The position numbers and the translations under genes are program-made. Positions 9,001 through 18,034 of a stretch of DNA of 64,000 nt are shown piece after piece. The notes below the pieces were generated by a model. It searched no databases. It saw only the letters and a list, made by a program, of their open reading frames with translations, and was not told the origin of the DNA. The DNA is from a virus: the IMG/VR virus record IMGVR_UViG_3300042544_000912, positions 32,001-96,000 of that record. One strand, 5' to 3'. Position 1 is the stretch's first letter. Each line of letters begins with the position of its first letter.

Positions 9001-11242
9001 CCACGCAATAAAGGTCGATGGATTAAAACCGATAAACTATCAAGCAGATAGAACAAAATACATTATACCTCTCAACAGACCCGAGGGTACAGAAAGTATT
9101 GATGCTCAATTAACTCGCGAAATTGAATATACGCAGCGAGACATTGTAGAATTAAATCAAGAGGTTACCGCCGACCCGACCGGTTCGACTGCTAAATGGG
9201 ATCTTCCTACCGCCGAGGCATGGCTTGATGTTCTTAATGCTCTAAAGAGAGAACAAAAAAATATTATCTTTAACTATAATAAGTGGGTTAGAGATACTAA
9301 TAATCCTCCTCTTGGACCAGATACTCCAGTATCGACAGATTTAGCATCTGCCAAGGTAGGAATTATAGGCGAATATACTTCAAATCTAGAAAAAGTCAAG
9401 AAGACATTTTCAAATAATACTCCAGTAGCTTCACAGGGTGCAAGTAAAGCGGGTGAAGATGGTTCTACAACAACTGTTGTCACCGAAAAATACGGCGATG
9501 GTTCGATTGTCAAGACTACAATCGTAGAAGACCAAAAGGGTTTTGCGACTTCACAAAAAGAAGTGACGAGAGTTGCTCCTCCGATTGCTTCTCCTGCACC
9601 AAGCACTAATCCTCCTGTGGAAGACTCTATCCAACATCCCGCGCATGATGATCCTAATCAAACAGTGACGCAGGCCCCACCCAATGTGGCTAGTATTCCG
9701 ATATCTAATCCTACAAACAATGGTTTTGGTGACCCCCTCGGACAATATCCAAAAGCAAGTCTTGGTGGTAAACCAGATATCAATCCACTAGCTGTAGGTG
9801 TAAACTCTCCTCATATTCAAAATGACCCAGCCTCACAGGGTGCAAAACAAGAAACTCTGGGTATAGGTTCTTCACCTGCTGCAAAGAATGCTGTTCGTAA
9901 GAAAGACGTTCCGAAAGCGGGTAGACATGGCGGGTCATGGTCGCAGCCCGAAACTCCATATGCAGCAAGATATCCTTACAATAAAGTTACTGCATCGGAA
10001 TCAGGTCACGTTACAGAAATTGATGATACACCGGGCGCAGAAAGAATTCACACTGCCCATAAGTCTGGTACATTCCAAGAAATTGGACCTAACGGCACCC
10101 AAGTAACTAGAATTGTAGGTGATAACTACACAATCATCGACAGTAATGGTTATATCCTTATCGAAGGTAGAGCTAACGTTCACGTTGCTGGTGAATGTAA
10201 TGTTATGATTATGGGTGATGCTAATCTTACTATGAATGGCAAAGTTAATATGGACGTTCACAACGACTTCAATCTAAACGTTGCTGGCCACTTCGGGTTG
10301 TCAGTCGGCGGCGGCATCTTCATTCGCAACGATGGCGTATTCTCGCACGATAACAAGGGCGATATGCAAATTCATGGAGCAGGTAACTTCAACTCTACGA
10401 TTGATGGCACTCAAAATCTAACAGCAAGTGGATATAAAGTAACATCTAAGGGTGATTATCATGTTAAGGTAGCGGCAGTGTCTTATCATACGTCTGTTGG
10501 CAATATCAATCAAGACACAGATGGTTCAATCTTGAGCAAAGCCGCAGTAACTATCGATAGTAAGTCGGGCACACATACAAACATCGAATCGCTTGGTAAT
10601 ACAAATATCAAGTCTGCTGGTTCTGTTAATACGGAATCAATTGCTGCCACAAATATCAAGTCTGCGAATGTGATTAATGCACAAGCAACAGATTCGATTA
10701 ACGTCAAGTCTGGTAATGCGGTGAATGTCAACTCTGCGGCAGCAACCAACGTTAAGTCTGGTGCAGCCGTAAATGTTGAGGGCGCAGGTAATATCAATCT
10801 TAAGGCACCTCTTGTCGCATCTTCGCCGATTGATACGCCAACTTTAGATGTTACAACTGCAAATATTTCTACACTGAATGCTGGTAGCACAAATCTTCGA
10901 GCAACCGGAACTGATACTGGCACTAATGGGGGCAGCACCCACGATCTTCCGATATCTGGACCGACATCTGCCTCTGTCACCGCACCCGCCGCGGCAGCAA
11001 CCGCTGGTAATGCTAACTCGGCTGACCCGGCAAGCGAAGCAACTGGCGCCAAGATTGCAACACTGGCTAATCCAATTCCAGTTGAGAAGCCGGTATCAGT
11101 CTCGGCATCTCCGATTGTCGCAGGCATAAGCGGTAATCAGACTAACGGAGCAGGCGGAAATAGCTTACCTATTAACTCTGCTGGTGGCGCTCAGTTTGAC
11201 GTTAGAGATTTCGAAAAAGAAAATCCAGTAACACACGGATAA
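6029..11242 (+). CDS. 1737-aa gp5 C-terminal-type spike protein: N-terminal helical region, lysozyme-like domain, long A/S/T/P linker, gp5 beta-helix
   Basis: YPYNKVTASESGHVTEIDDTPGAERIHTAHKSGTFQEIGPNG is the gp5 C-terminal signature; 8-residue NIKS.G.VN repeats follow. Confidence 0.8.
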   Translation: MSLLQATSLITSGVKSLKTGKLPDLASTVNALSSAGVLSKDEAKVVKAGLSLANTVAPGTSTNLSIVTNSLATVGILTKTEAATLTKQINVSSSSLSSNTTGNVNKLLGTLTKSGVIDANTSKLLSSGISILTSASNGSVNGVITGALKLAGVSPSVEKAAVQIMQAVPTTIETSKASSGYQTTTTILPDIGSPGILTKDDCVKLLTACQMAIHKKYVVNGKRNNWRKVHNRGEYGAYRMSVSQLIDIDFLKPEIQEWAEECIHSRPTGPGAAERIKTYAEAVQETNGDYDFAPFKREAANNLQYFFLYNPIPLDHVAAVRSMITFITSEEMQDKAAYYYLKKAYADLSNAKIVNEQTPKTTIAGLLAIALCAKLDDAIRFSQGVIKTNADGISSKYWYDTGWNALAETPKTTNSDTPLLKEGVRSPTTEISTKALIETAKDLADVMSGKNINGVVSGLVKNGILPADVGGIVEAGLGIAASVIKDKLAEIDKAKDALLKASSVLPAGASSSLKSISSISSKVNGVTSKVPSISSVAAKANVATVTSNISATSNVTSLAKKITAIAGDIENTATTAVGSALGSVGASGKVDPASLSFIGESLKSGFGLANDPQTAVVNELNRRGMCPPGSTALLRAAIDGVSDPAKISDLIAAETNKMGNVGTAIPALNTKIIEQTGAKPGLANKFEEAKAAAISAIGVSKPELTALVSSAGSASMESLQKKATQAADNILNTTTTAVSGLELANNLTSVTAGAADPASAAAALGASAVSNVTGSASAATDAVSGIAGNSQGALNSATGNVTNALSNAASNVTGMLGGSSPTTTEKPAEGQIVSSFLPVSPASVPPTPQTGAASADAVPALPSTQIAAAVGGPTQASSPPVDPNPIKTPYGSVEVSYQWTASNGVVTLSAKGSPIASVNLIDKTDTKTPQYETLIAAIDGAIKQERINNYTPRVPKTFEQNIGNALYPQNSGALPLREIPIIATVIPFMGDHAIKVDGLKPINYQADRTKYIIPLNRPEGTESIDAQLTREIEYTQRDIVELNQEVTADPTGSTAKWDLPTAEAWLDVLNALKREQKNIIFNYNKWVRDTNNPPLGPDTPVSTDLASAKVGIIGEYTSNLEKVKKTFSNNTPVASQGASKAGEDGSTTTVVTEKYGDGSIVKTTIVEDQKGFATSQKEVTRVAPPIASPAPSTNPPVEDSIQHPAHDDPNQTVTQAPPNVASIPISNPTNNGFGDPLGQYPKASLGGKPDINPLAVGVNSPHIQNDPASQGAKQETLGIGSSPAAKNAVRKKDVPKAGRHGGSWSQPETPYAARYPYNKVTASESGHVTEIDDTPGAERIHTAHKSGTFQEIGPNGTQVTRIVGDNYTIIDSNGYILIEGRANVHVAGECNVMIMGDANLTMNGKVNMDVHNDFNLNVAGHFGLSVGGGIFIRNDGVFSHDNKGDMQIHGAGNFNSTIDGTQNLTASGYKVTSKGDYHVKVAAVSYHTSVGNINQDTDGSILSKAAVTIDSKSGTHTNIESLGNTNIKSAGSVNTESIAATNIKSANVINAQATDSINVKSGNAVNVNSAAATNVKSGAAVNVEGAGNINLKAPLVASSPIDTPTLDVTTANISTLNAGSTNLRATGTDTGTNGGSTHDLPISGPTSASVTAPAAAATAGNANSADPASEATGAKIATLANPIPVEKPVSVSASPIVAGISGNQTNGAGGNSLPINSAGGAQFDVRDFEKENPVTHG

Positions 11243-11246
11243 AAAT

Positions 11247-12032
11247 ATGACAGACACTACAAATAGTAATCCACCCACAGCAAATACTTCCACGGGCGAA
11301 AACCCTACACCCGCGGAAACGCCACCAACTACAGAAAGTAGCACTAATCCGTGTGATTTGGGTAATGGTAGTCCAAGTTTCGTTGATGGGGAAGGGGGTT
11401 CTCCAGCATCAACTGCTCCTGGCACACCCGTTCCGCCCGCGGCTGGATTCAAACCTACAAATAAAGAATATATTACAAATCAGCCTTTACCTGCAATACC
11501 TACAAATATCAACTTTAACAATGCAGCTAGAAGCATTAGGTTATCTCACTATTTTACATTACATGATGTTCTTCATCCGGCACTTGGTGCACCAGGAATT
11601 CCTATGGGCGGCAAAACTGCCGGTGGAAGAAGATGGACAGCATATCAAATAGTGCAGAATCTTCGAGACTTGTGTGTTCTTTGCTTAGACCCTATTAAGC
11701 ACCGCTACAGAAATGTTTTGATAACTTCAACATTTAGAGGTGATAGCACTGGCTCGGCACATAATGTAGGCTGGGGATGTGATATGCAGTTCGCGGCCCA
11801 TGGCAAATCCATGGGTTCATTAATCAGTGTTGCAAATGATGTTGCCAGATTGGGAATACCATACGACCAATTGCTTTATGAATATGCCCCAGGCAGATGT
11901 AAGGGTACATGGTTGCACGTGGGACTTAGAAGACCCGCCACATTAGAAGTTAGAAATCAGGCACAAAGTTTTTATAAGGACAAAGGTTATGGTAGAATAG
12001 GACAATTTGATCAAATGCCTGGCCTTAGATAA
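11247..12032 (+). CDS. Peptidase M15 family Zn peptidase (cell-wall endopeptidase/carboxypeptidase) with P/T/S-rich N-terminal linker
   Basis: LSHYFTL, ITSTFRG...SAHNVGWGCD (H..D ligands), YDQLLYE and WLHV motifs. Confidence 0.78.
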   Translation: MTDTTNSNPPTANTSTGENPTPAETPPTTESSTNPCDLGNGSPSFVDGEGGSPASTAPGTPVPPAAGFKPTNKEYITNQPLPAIPTNINFNNAARSIRLSHYFTLHDVLHPALGAPGIPMGGKTAGGRRWTAYQIVQNLRDLCVLCLDPIKHRYRNVLITSTFRGDSTGSAHNVGWGCDMQFAAHGKSMGSLISVANDVARLGIPYDQLLYEYAPGRCKGTWLHVGLRRPATLEVRNQAQSFYKDKGYGRIGQFDQMPGLR

Positions 12033-12042
12033 GAACTTTTCG

Positions 12043-12050
12043 TATAAATA
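12043..12050 (+). promoter_or_regulatory. Late promoter TATAAATA upstream of gp25
   Basis: Exact consensus in the intergenic gap. Confidence 0.8.
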
Positions 12051-12055
12051 CACTT

Positions 12056-12454
12056 ATGGCTACCAAACTATTAAACAGAATATATTCGGACTTCGATCTT
12101 TCATTCGCAGCTAATCCTGTGACGGGGGATTTGGCAAAAAAGTATGATGTTAATGCGGTAAAGCAGTCCCTTAAAACTCTTATCCTGACTAGATTTTATG
12201 AAAGACCTTTTCAACCAAAATTAGGTTCCCCTATCTATGCTATGCTATTCGATAATATCGATGTGATATCTGCCAATAGATTACAATTAGAGTTGGAACT
12301 TTTAATATCTAAGTATGAGCCAAGAGTATTAACACAAAATATTGAAGTGATTCCAGAATATGATCTAAATGCATTTAGGGTGGATATAACTTTTCAGGTA
12401 ATAGGCGTCGAAGGACCAGTAACATTTTCAACTATTCTAAGAAGAAGTAGATAA
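12056..12454 (+). CDS. gp25: Baseplate wedge subunit
   Basis: YSDFDLSF, AVKQSLKTLILT..YERPFQPKLGS and YEPRV motifs. Confidence 0.93.
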   Translation: MATKLLNRIYSDFDLSFAANPVTGDLAKKYDVNAVKQSLKTLILTRFYERPFQPKLGSPIYAMLFDNIDVISANRLQLELELLISKYEPRVLTQNIEVIPEYDLNAFRVDITFQVIGVEGPVTFSTILRRSR

Positions 12455-12455
12455 T

Positions 12456-14315
12456 ATGGCACAATTAAATGTCACCGAACTAGATTTCTTCGGCATCAGA
12501 CAAAATCTAAAAACATATCTTGAAGCTCAAGAAGAATTTTCGGACTACAACTTTGATGGTTCTGGTTTATCTGTATTGATAGATTTGCTGGCATATAATA
12601 CCCACTATAATGCCACACTTGCGCATTTACTTTCAAATGAAATGTTCATCGATAGCGCAATTAAGCGCGGGTCAGTTGTATCGATTGCCAAATCTTTGGG
12701 TTATACTCCTCGCTCTATTGTATCTTCTAAAATAGATGCGACGATTACTATCACACCTGCGCCCACATATACTAATAATACCTTAACACTAAGCAAGTCT
12801 ATAGGATTTTCTGGTGCTGGATTAGATGGCGGCAGCTATGTTTTTTATTCTACTCAAGATGTTACCGCACTAAAAAGTGACGGAGTGTTCGTATTCAATG
12901 TAACTCTAGTTGAAGGTAAGCCGACCACGAATAGCTTCGTCGTAGCATCTGATACAGTATCTGGGCCGTTTGAGCTTCTAAACGGAAACGTTGATACGTC
13001 CACAATCAAGGTTCAAATTCAAAAGTCATCTACCGAATTAGAATACACCACGTATACTAAGAGTGAAAACATCTTATCTGTTACCGACGAATCGCAGGTA
13101 TTTTTCGTCGAAGAGAATTCATACGGAACAACTGAAATTAGATTTGGTGATAATGTTCTTGGAAAGTCTTTGGCCCAGGGTAATATTGTTGCCGTGGAAT
13201 ACATGGTAAGTGCTGGTATTTTAGCAAATGGCATTAGCGGAGTTGCGACAAAAAATGTTATCACTGGAACAGGCGAAACTGTTACTGTTTCCGGCACAAG
13301 ATCGTATGGTGGCGCAGACGCACAGACAACAGATTCCATTCGTTTCATCGCACCAAAGTTCAATGCGACAAAGAATAGAGCGGTAACTGCCGATGATTAT
13401 ACGGCATTGATTGAGAGTCAATACGGAAATATCAACTCTATCACTGTATGGGGCGGAGAGGATAATGATCCACCAATCTACGGCAGAGTGTTTGTTTCGA
13501 TTGAACCTTTACCAAATAGTATTATTACCGAAACAGATAAGGCAGCGATTGCTCGCGATATCATTAAGCCTAGAGGTGTAGTAGGAATTCAGCCGGTATT
13601 TGTTGACCCGACGTATCTTTATGTTAGCTTTAATATTACGTCAAGATATCTTAAAAAATCTACGTCGGCAACTCAGGCTACAATAGAAGCCACGATGAGA
13701 AGCTATTTGTCTAGTTACTTTATCAACACCACATCAAAGGTGAAAAAGAATTTCTATTATTCGGAACTACTAGAACTACTCAATTCAGTATCTCCGTCGA
13801 TTTATTCTACTAATATCGAATTAAATCTGCATCGCGCATTTGAGCCTTTTGTAGGAGAGAATAATAGAATTGTATTTAATTATAATACCGCTATTGCTCC
13901 AAATACCGTAAGATCAAACACATTCGCAACAACTCTTGCGTCTGGCAAATCTGTCAATTGTTATCTGCGTGATAGTTATACAGAAGAGTTGACAGTTGGT
14001 AATTTAGATTTATATGCAGATACAGATGTTCTACTCTCATCGGCGGTAGGAACAATTGATTACACAACTGGTAAAATTAGTATTCCTAGTTTGAATATTT
14101 CATCTGTTGTTAATGATTTATATCTAAGAGTTTATATTAAACCTCAGAGTTCATCACCAGATTTAATTCTTGTGCCAGTAAATGAAGATGAGAGATATAC
14201 ATTTGCAACTACGCCTTCGGTGAATAGTAGTTTGGTGTTAGCACAGGACAACTCTACCAAAGTTGCTGAACGTAATTATATCACTGGCACAACAATCAAT
14301 ATAATCGGAACATAA
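12456..14315 (+). CDS. gp6: Baseplate wedge subunit
   Basis: LNVTELDF..IRQNLKTYL, YNFDGSGLSVLIDLLAYNTHY and RAVTADDY..WGGEDNDPPIYGRVF motifs. Confidence 0.93.
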   Translation: MAQLNVTELDFFGIRQNLKTYLEAQEEFSDYNFDGSGLSVLIDLLAYNTHYNATLAHLLSNEMFIDSAIKRGSVVSIAKSLGYTPRSIVSSKIDATITITPAPTYTNNTLTLSKSIGFSGAGLDGGSYVFYSTQDVTALKSDGVFVFNVTLVEGKPTTNSFVVASDTVSGPFELLNGNVDTSTIKVQIQKSSTELEYTTYTKSENILSVTDESQVFFVEENSYGTTEIRFGDNVLGKSLAQGNIVAVEYMVSAGILANGISGVATKNVITGTGETVTVSGTRSYGGADAQTTDSIRFIAPKFNATKNRAVTADDYTALIESQYGNINSITVWGGEDNDPPIYGRVFVSIEPLPNSIITETDKAAIARDIIKPRGVVGIQPVFVDPTYLYVSFNITSRYLKKSTSATQATIEATMRSYLSSYFINTTSKVKKNFYYSELLELLNSVSPSIYSTNIELNLHRAFEPFVGENNRIVFNYNTAIAPNTVRSNTFATTLASGKSVNCYLRDSYTEELTVGNLDLYADTDVLLSSAVGTIDYTTGKISIPSLNISSVVNDLYLRVYIKPQSSSPDLILVPVNEDERYTFATTPSVNSSLVLAQDNSTKVAERNYITGTTINIIGT

Positions 14316-14318
14316 TAC

Positions 14319-17300
14319 ATGTCGGATTTTAAAAATTCTCTGGCATATTTGATTGCAAATCAAGTTCCAGATTATGTCAGAACCGAATTTCCTCAGTTCG
14401 TTCTTTTTCTAGAAAAATACTATGAGTTTCTAGATCAGGACGGAGAGGTTAATAATGTCCTATTGAATGCTGCTTCGTTTTCTGATATCAATAATACACT
14501 AGATGCGTTTCTACCGTCTTTTCGAGAACAATATCTCCAGATGTTTCCACAAGATTCTCTGGTTGATGATCGCCGTCTTATAAAATTTATCAGAGAGTTT
14601 TATGAAGCAAAGGGTTCGGAAGAAAGTATCCACTTTATTTTCAGAACATTCTTTGATGAACATGTTGAGATTATTTATCCTTCTGAATATATTCTGAAAG
14701 CATCGGACGGCGTATGGAAAGAAAGTCAGAAACTTAGAATTACCACCGACGATACGATAACTCTTGACCCCTTCACTCTTCAAGGTAAGAGAGCTACGAT
14801 CTATGCCCATAAAAATATCGGCAATATTGCTACATATGACTATCATAGCATAACGGTAGAAACTGTTACTCGCCTCGGTTATGCTATCCAACCGACATAT
14901 GAACTTTATGTGAAGCACGAAGAAAATGACTACATTCTTCTTCCAGGTGCAGGCGCAAGCGCAAGATTGCTAGTGGAAGATGGAGAAATTCTGGCAGTTA
15001 CTGGCGATCCTGCTACTCATGCCAGAGACTTCAATACCGATACAGATTTCAGCTATGACTATGCATGGATCAATATTCCATCTCACGGCTTTACGACCGG
15101 GGATTGTGTCATATATGATCCGATGGGTGGTGAAGTAATTGGTGGAACAGTAGCATATAGACAATATTACGTTAAGGTAATTGATGTAAATTACATCCGA
15201 TTATATCGTGATAAAATTGCATTGAGTCAACCAACATCAAAGAAATTTATTACTAGCAATAGTGTTGATATTACATATAATAAAATTACTATAGCGAACC
15301 ATGGTTATATCACCGGTGACATGATAATCTATTATGCCGATGCTACTGCCATTGGCGGACTACAGAACGGCAAAGTATATTATGTAATTAAAATAGATGC
15401 AAACACTATCAAACTGGCTGAAAGTTTGATTGATTCGGATCCTAGATATTGTTCGGAAGACTTCTTCGCGGCAGACTATGTTACTATTACTTCATACAGC
15501 GAGGTTAATTTAACTTCCCAGGGTGAGGGTAACTATCACGTTCTTTCAAAAGAATACTTTATCAATTTTACAGAGCCTGATACTGCCAGTGATCAAAGAA
15601 TCATCGATGCTATGGATGCAACAGGTAGTGGCTACAATGCTCTACCGGAAGTAGTATTCATTTCGGATGGAGATGGAATTGGTGCAACAGCAACTGCCCA
15701 TCTAAATGATAGTGGTGGGATTGAATACGTATCAATTGATTCTGGTGGCACAGGCTACGATGATACATCAACTGTAGTAGAATTCAATACCAATAATGTT
15801 CGTTCATTCCTGTTCATAGATGAATTGGCAAACAAGTATGGTTATGTAAGCCGCAGCATTACGGATACAGTGACCATACTGAGCCACACAGGAACTCCAA
15901 ATTACGGTTTCAAAGCAGCCGAAATTTATAGTATTACAGAAGCGGGTTCGGCAGGACAATTTGTCTACACATATCCGGATACCAGCTTAAATTATTTTGC
16001 CGGTGATTATGTAAAAATTGGCATAGATAACAATGCAAGTGTTATTATCGATGCTGTTGATACCAATGGCCTACCTACTAAAGTTAGAATTTTCTCATCT
16101 GGCGGTGGGTTTGAGGCCGAAACGTTTACTGCTACAATTACTTCCAAGACCGGTGCTGGCACAGTAACTCTAGGATTTACTACTGGCGCGATAACGTCAA
16201 TTCAAGATGGATATCAGAACCGCCAGGGCATGTTATCCGATATTAATAGGCTACAAGATAATTATTATTATCAAAACTATTCATATGTTCTACGTTCGAG
16301 AGTGCCGTCATCCAACTGGATGACAATGATAAAAAATACCGTGCATCCTGTCGGTATGGCTGTATTCAGCGAACTTCTAATTATGGATACGCTTGACATT
16401 GGCGTTTCATTCGAAGTATCACAACAACCGATTGATTTCTACGAATTCTTCGATGAAACCATCACCATGACTGATACTACATTTGCAGTAACATTCACTA
16501 AAGTCCTTTCAGATTCAATCTCCGCACCTACTGATACTAAGGTAATTACGTTCCGTAAGGTTCTATCTGATTCTATTACTGCGCCTACTGATACTAAGGT
16601 AATTACGTTCGGTAAGGTTCTATCCGATTCCATTGTTGCACCAACAGATACCAAGGCTGTCACGTTTAGTAAGGTACTATCCGATTCTGTTACCATAACA
16701 GAATCGTTATTGATCGGTCAGGAAAGAGATTTTGATGACACATCAACTCCAACGGATTCTAAAGCTATCTCGTTTGGTAAAACTCTATCGGATTCCATTA
16801 CTGCACCAACCGACGCGGCTCTAATTTCATTTGGTAAAAGCGTATCGGATTCCATTACCGCACCAACAGACGCCATCAATTCATTCGTTGTCGGTAAAGT
16901 ATTAACCGACGCAATAACTCCGGTCGAGGCCGCAACAGTGACGTTCGGTAAAACTCTATCGGATTCTATTACTGCACCAACGGATGCCGCGGCAGTCACT
17001 TTCGGTAAAACTCTATCGGATTCCATTACCGCACCAACAGACGCCATCAATTCATTCGTTGTCGGTAAAAATGTATCGGATTCCATTACCGCACCAACAG
17101 ACGCCATCAATTCATTCGTTGTCGGTAAAAATGTATCGGATTCCATTACCGCACCAACCGATGCTGCGGCAATCACATTTGGTAAAACGCTATCCGACTC
17201 AATCAATAGTCCGACAGATGCTGCCGCAGTAACCGTAGGTAAAACACTATCGGATTCTATTACTGCACCGACAGATGCTATTACCTCATTTAATGTTGGT

Positions 17301-17546
17301 AAAACTCTATCGGATTCTATTACTACACCTACAGATGCTGCCGCAGTAACAGTGGGTAAAACGCTATCGGATTCTACCACACCTGCCACTGAAACATCTA
17401 CTATAAATATAGGTAAGGTGTTAAGTGATTCTATAACAAGCCCACTTGATGCAGGTAGTATAAATATACAAAACTACTGGGCTTACAACTATACATCAGG
17501 CCAAGATGGCATCGGCGATTATGTCGGAACTGATTACACATTTTAA
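14319..17546 (+). CDS. gp7: Baseplate wedge initiator (gp7-like) with C-terminal tandem repeat
   Basis: LIANQVPDYVRTEFPQFVLFLEKYYE, IREFYEAKGSEES and LQDNYYYQNYSYVL..VHPVGM motifs; lies between gp6 and gp8. Confidence 0.75.
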   Translation: MSDFKNSLAYLIANQVPDYVRTEFPQFVLFLEKYYEFLDQDGEVNNVLLNAASFSDINNTLDAFLPSFREQYLQMFPQDSLVDDRRLIKFIREFYEAKGSEESIHFIFRTFFDEHVEIIYPSEYILKASDGVWKESQKLRITTDDTITLDPFTLQGKRATIYAHKNIGNIATYDYHSITVETVTRLGYAIQPTYELYVKHEENDYILLPGAGASARLLVEDGEILAVTGDPATHARDFNTDTDFSYDYAWINIPSHGFTTGDCVIYDPMGGEVIGGTVAYRQYYVKVIDVNYIRLYRDKIALSQPTSKKFITSNSVDITYNKITIANHGYITGDMIIYYADATAIGGLQNGKVYYVIKIDANTIKLAESLIDSDPRYCSEDFFAADYVTITSYSEVNLTSQGEGNYHVLSKEYFINFTEPDTASDQRIIDAMDATGSGYNALPEVVFISDGDGIGATATAHLNDSGGIEYVSIDSGGTGYDDTSTVVEFNTNNVRSFLFIDELANKYGYVSRSITDTVTILSHTGTPNYGFKAAEIYSITEAGSAGQFVYTYPDTSLNYFAGDYVKIGIDNNASVIIDAVDTNGLPTKVRIFSSGGGFEAETFTATITSKTGAGTVTLGFTTGAITSIQDGYQNRQGMLSDINRLQDNYYYQNYSYVLRSRVPSSNWMTMIKNTVHPVGMAVFSELLIMDTLDIGVSFEVSQQPIDFYEFFDETITMTDTTFAVTFTKVLSDSISAPTDTKVITFRKVLSDSITAPTDTKVITFGKVLSDSIVAPTDTKAVTFSKVLSDSVTITESLLIGQERDFDDTSTPTDSKAISFGKTLSDSITAPTDAALISFGKSVSDSITAPTDAINSFVVGKVLTDAITPVEAATVTFGKTLSDSITAPTDAAAVTFGKTLSDSITAPTDAINSFVVGKNVSDSITAPTDAINSFVVGKNVSDSITAPTDAAAITFGKTLSDSINSPTDAAAVTVGKTLSDSITAPTDAITSFNVGKTLSDSITTPTDAAAVTVGKTLSDSTTPATETSTINIGKVLSDSITSPLDAGSINIQNYWAYNYTSGQDGIGDYVGTDYTF
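16490..17460 (+). repeat. About 17 tandem 18-20-aa units [FV]GK[TV]LSDSITAPTD... in gp7; 57/60-nt DNA period
   Basis: Visible in the translation; 17041-17098 and 17101-17158 are identical. Confidence 0.92.
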
Positions 17547-17569
17547 TTTTTAAACCAAGGAGTATCAAA

Positions 17570-18025
17570 ATGCAAAACGAAGAATTTCTAAAGATGACAG
17601 GTAAGCTGGATATCGTTGTTTACGATGCCGATGGCAATGTCAAGGAACAACGCGAAGTTCCAAATATCGTAACAACCGCTGGTAAGACCTTCATTGCTGC
17701 ACGTATTGCCGGCACTTCGGCTGCAGTTATGGGCTGGATGGAAGTTGGTACAGGATCTACTGCGGCTGCAGTCGGCGACACCGCTCTAGGAGCAGTTGTT
17801 GCTAGTTCGAGAACAGCAACCTCGGTTTCTGGTGGCACACCATCGTCAAACACTGTAGTTTATGCTACAACATTCCCAGCTGGCACTGGTACTGGCGCTC
17901 TTACCGAAGCAGGTGTTTTCAATGCTTCTTCATCGGGTACAATGCTTTGCCGCACTGTTTTCTCGGTTATCAACAAGGGCGCATCTGACAGCATGACCAT
18001 CACATGGACTGTGACTATCAACTAA
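17570..18025 (+). CDS. Small virion structural protein (tail-collar/fibre-attachment-like)
   Basis: GGAG RBS; NIVTTAGK..IA, VGTG and LTEAGVFNA..GTML.R motifs seen in phage baseplate/fibre-collar proteins; lies between gp7 and gp8. Confidence 0.55.
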   Translation: MQNEEFLKMTGKLDIVVYDADGNVKEQREVPNIVTTAGKTFIAARIAGTSAAVMGWMEVGTGSTAAAVGDTALGAVVASSRTATSVSGGTPSSNTVVYATTFPAGTGTGALTEAGVFNASSSGTMLCRTVFSVINKGASDSMTITWTVTIN

Positions 18026-18034
18026 GGATAGAGC

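Noticed and set aside
7174-11127. Many long minus-strand ORFs opposite the 1737-aa gene
   Set aside because: Antisense shadows of Ala/Ser/Thr/Val-rich codons; no RBS, promoter or motifs
16439-17389. Repetitive minus-strand ORFs (VIESDRVL repeats) and a CRISPR-like periodicity
   Set aside because: Mirror of the in-frame gp7 repeat; the period is a multiple of 3, with no unique spacers and no cas genes
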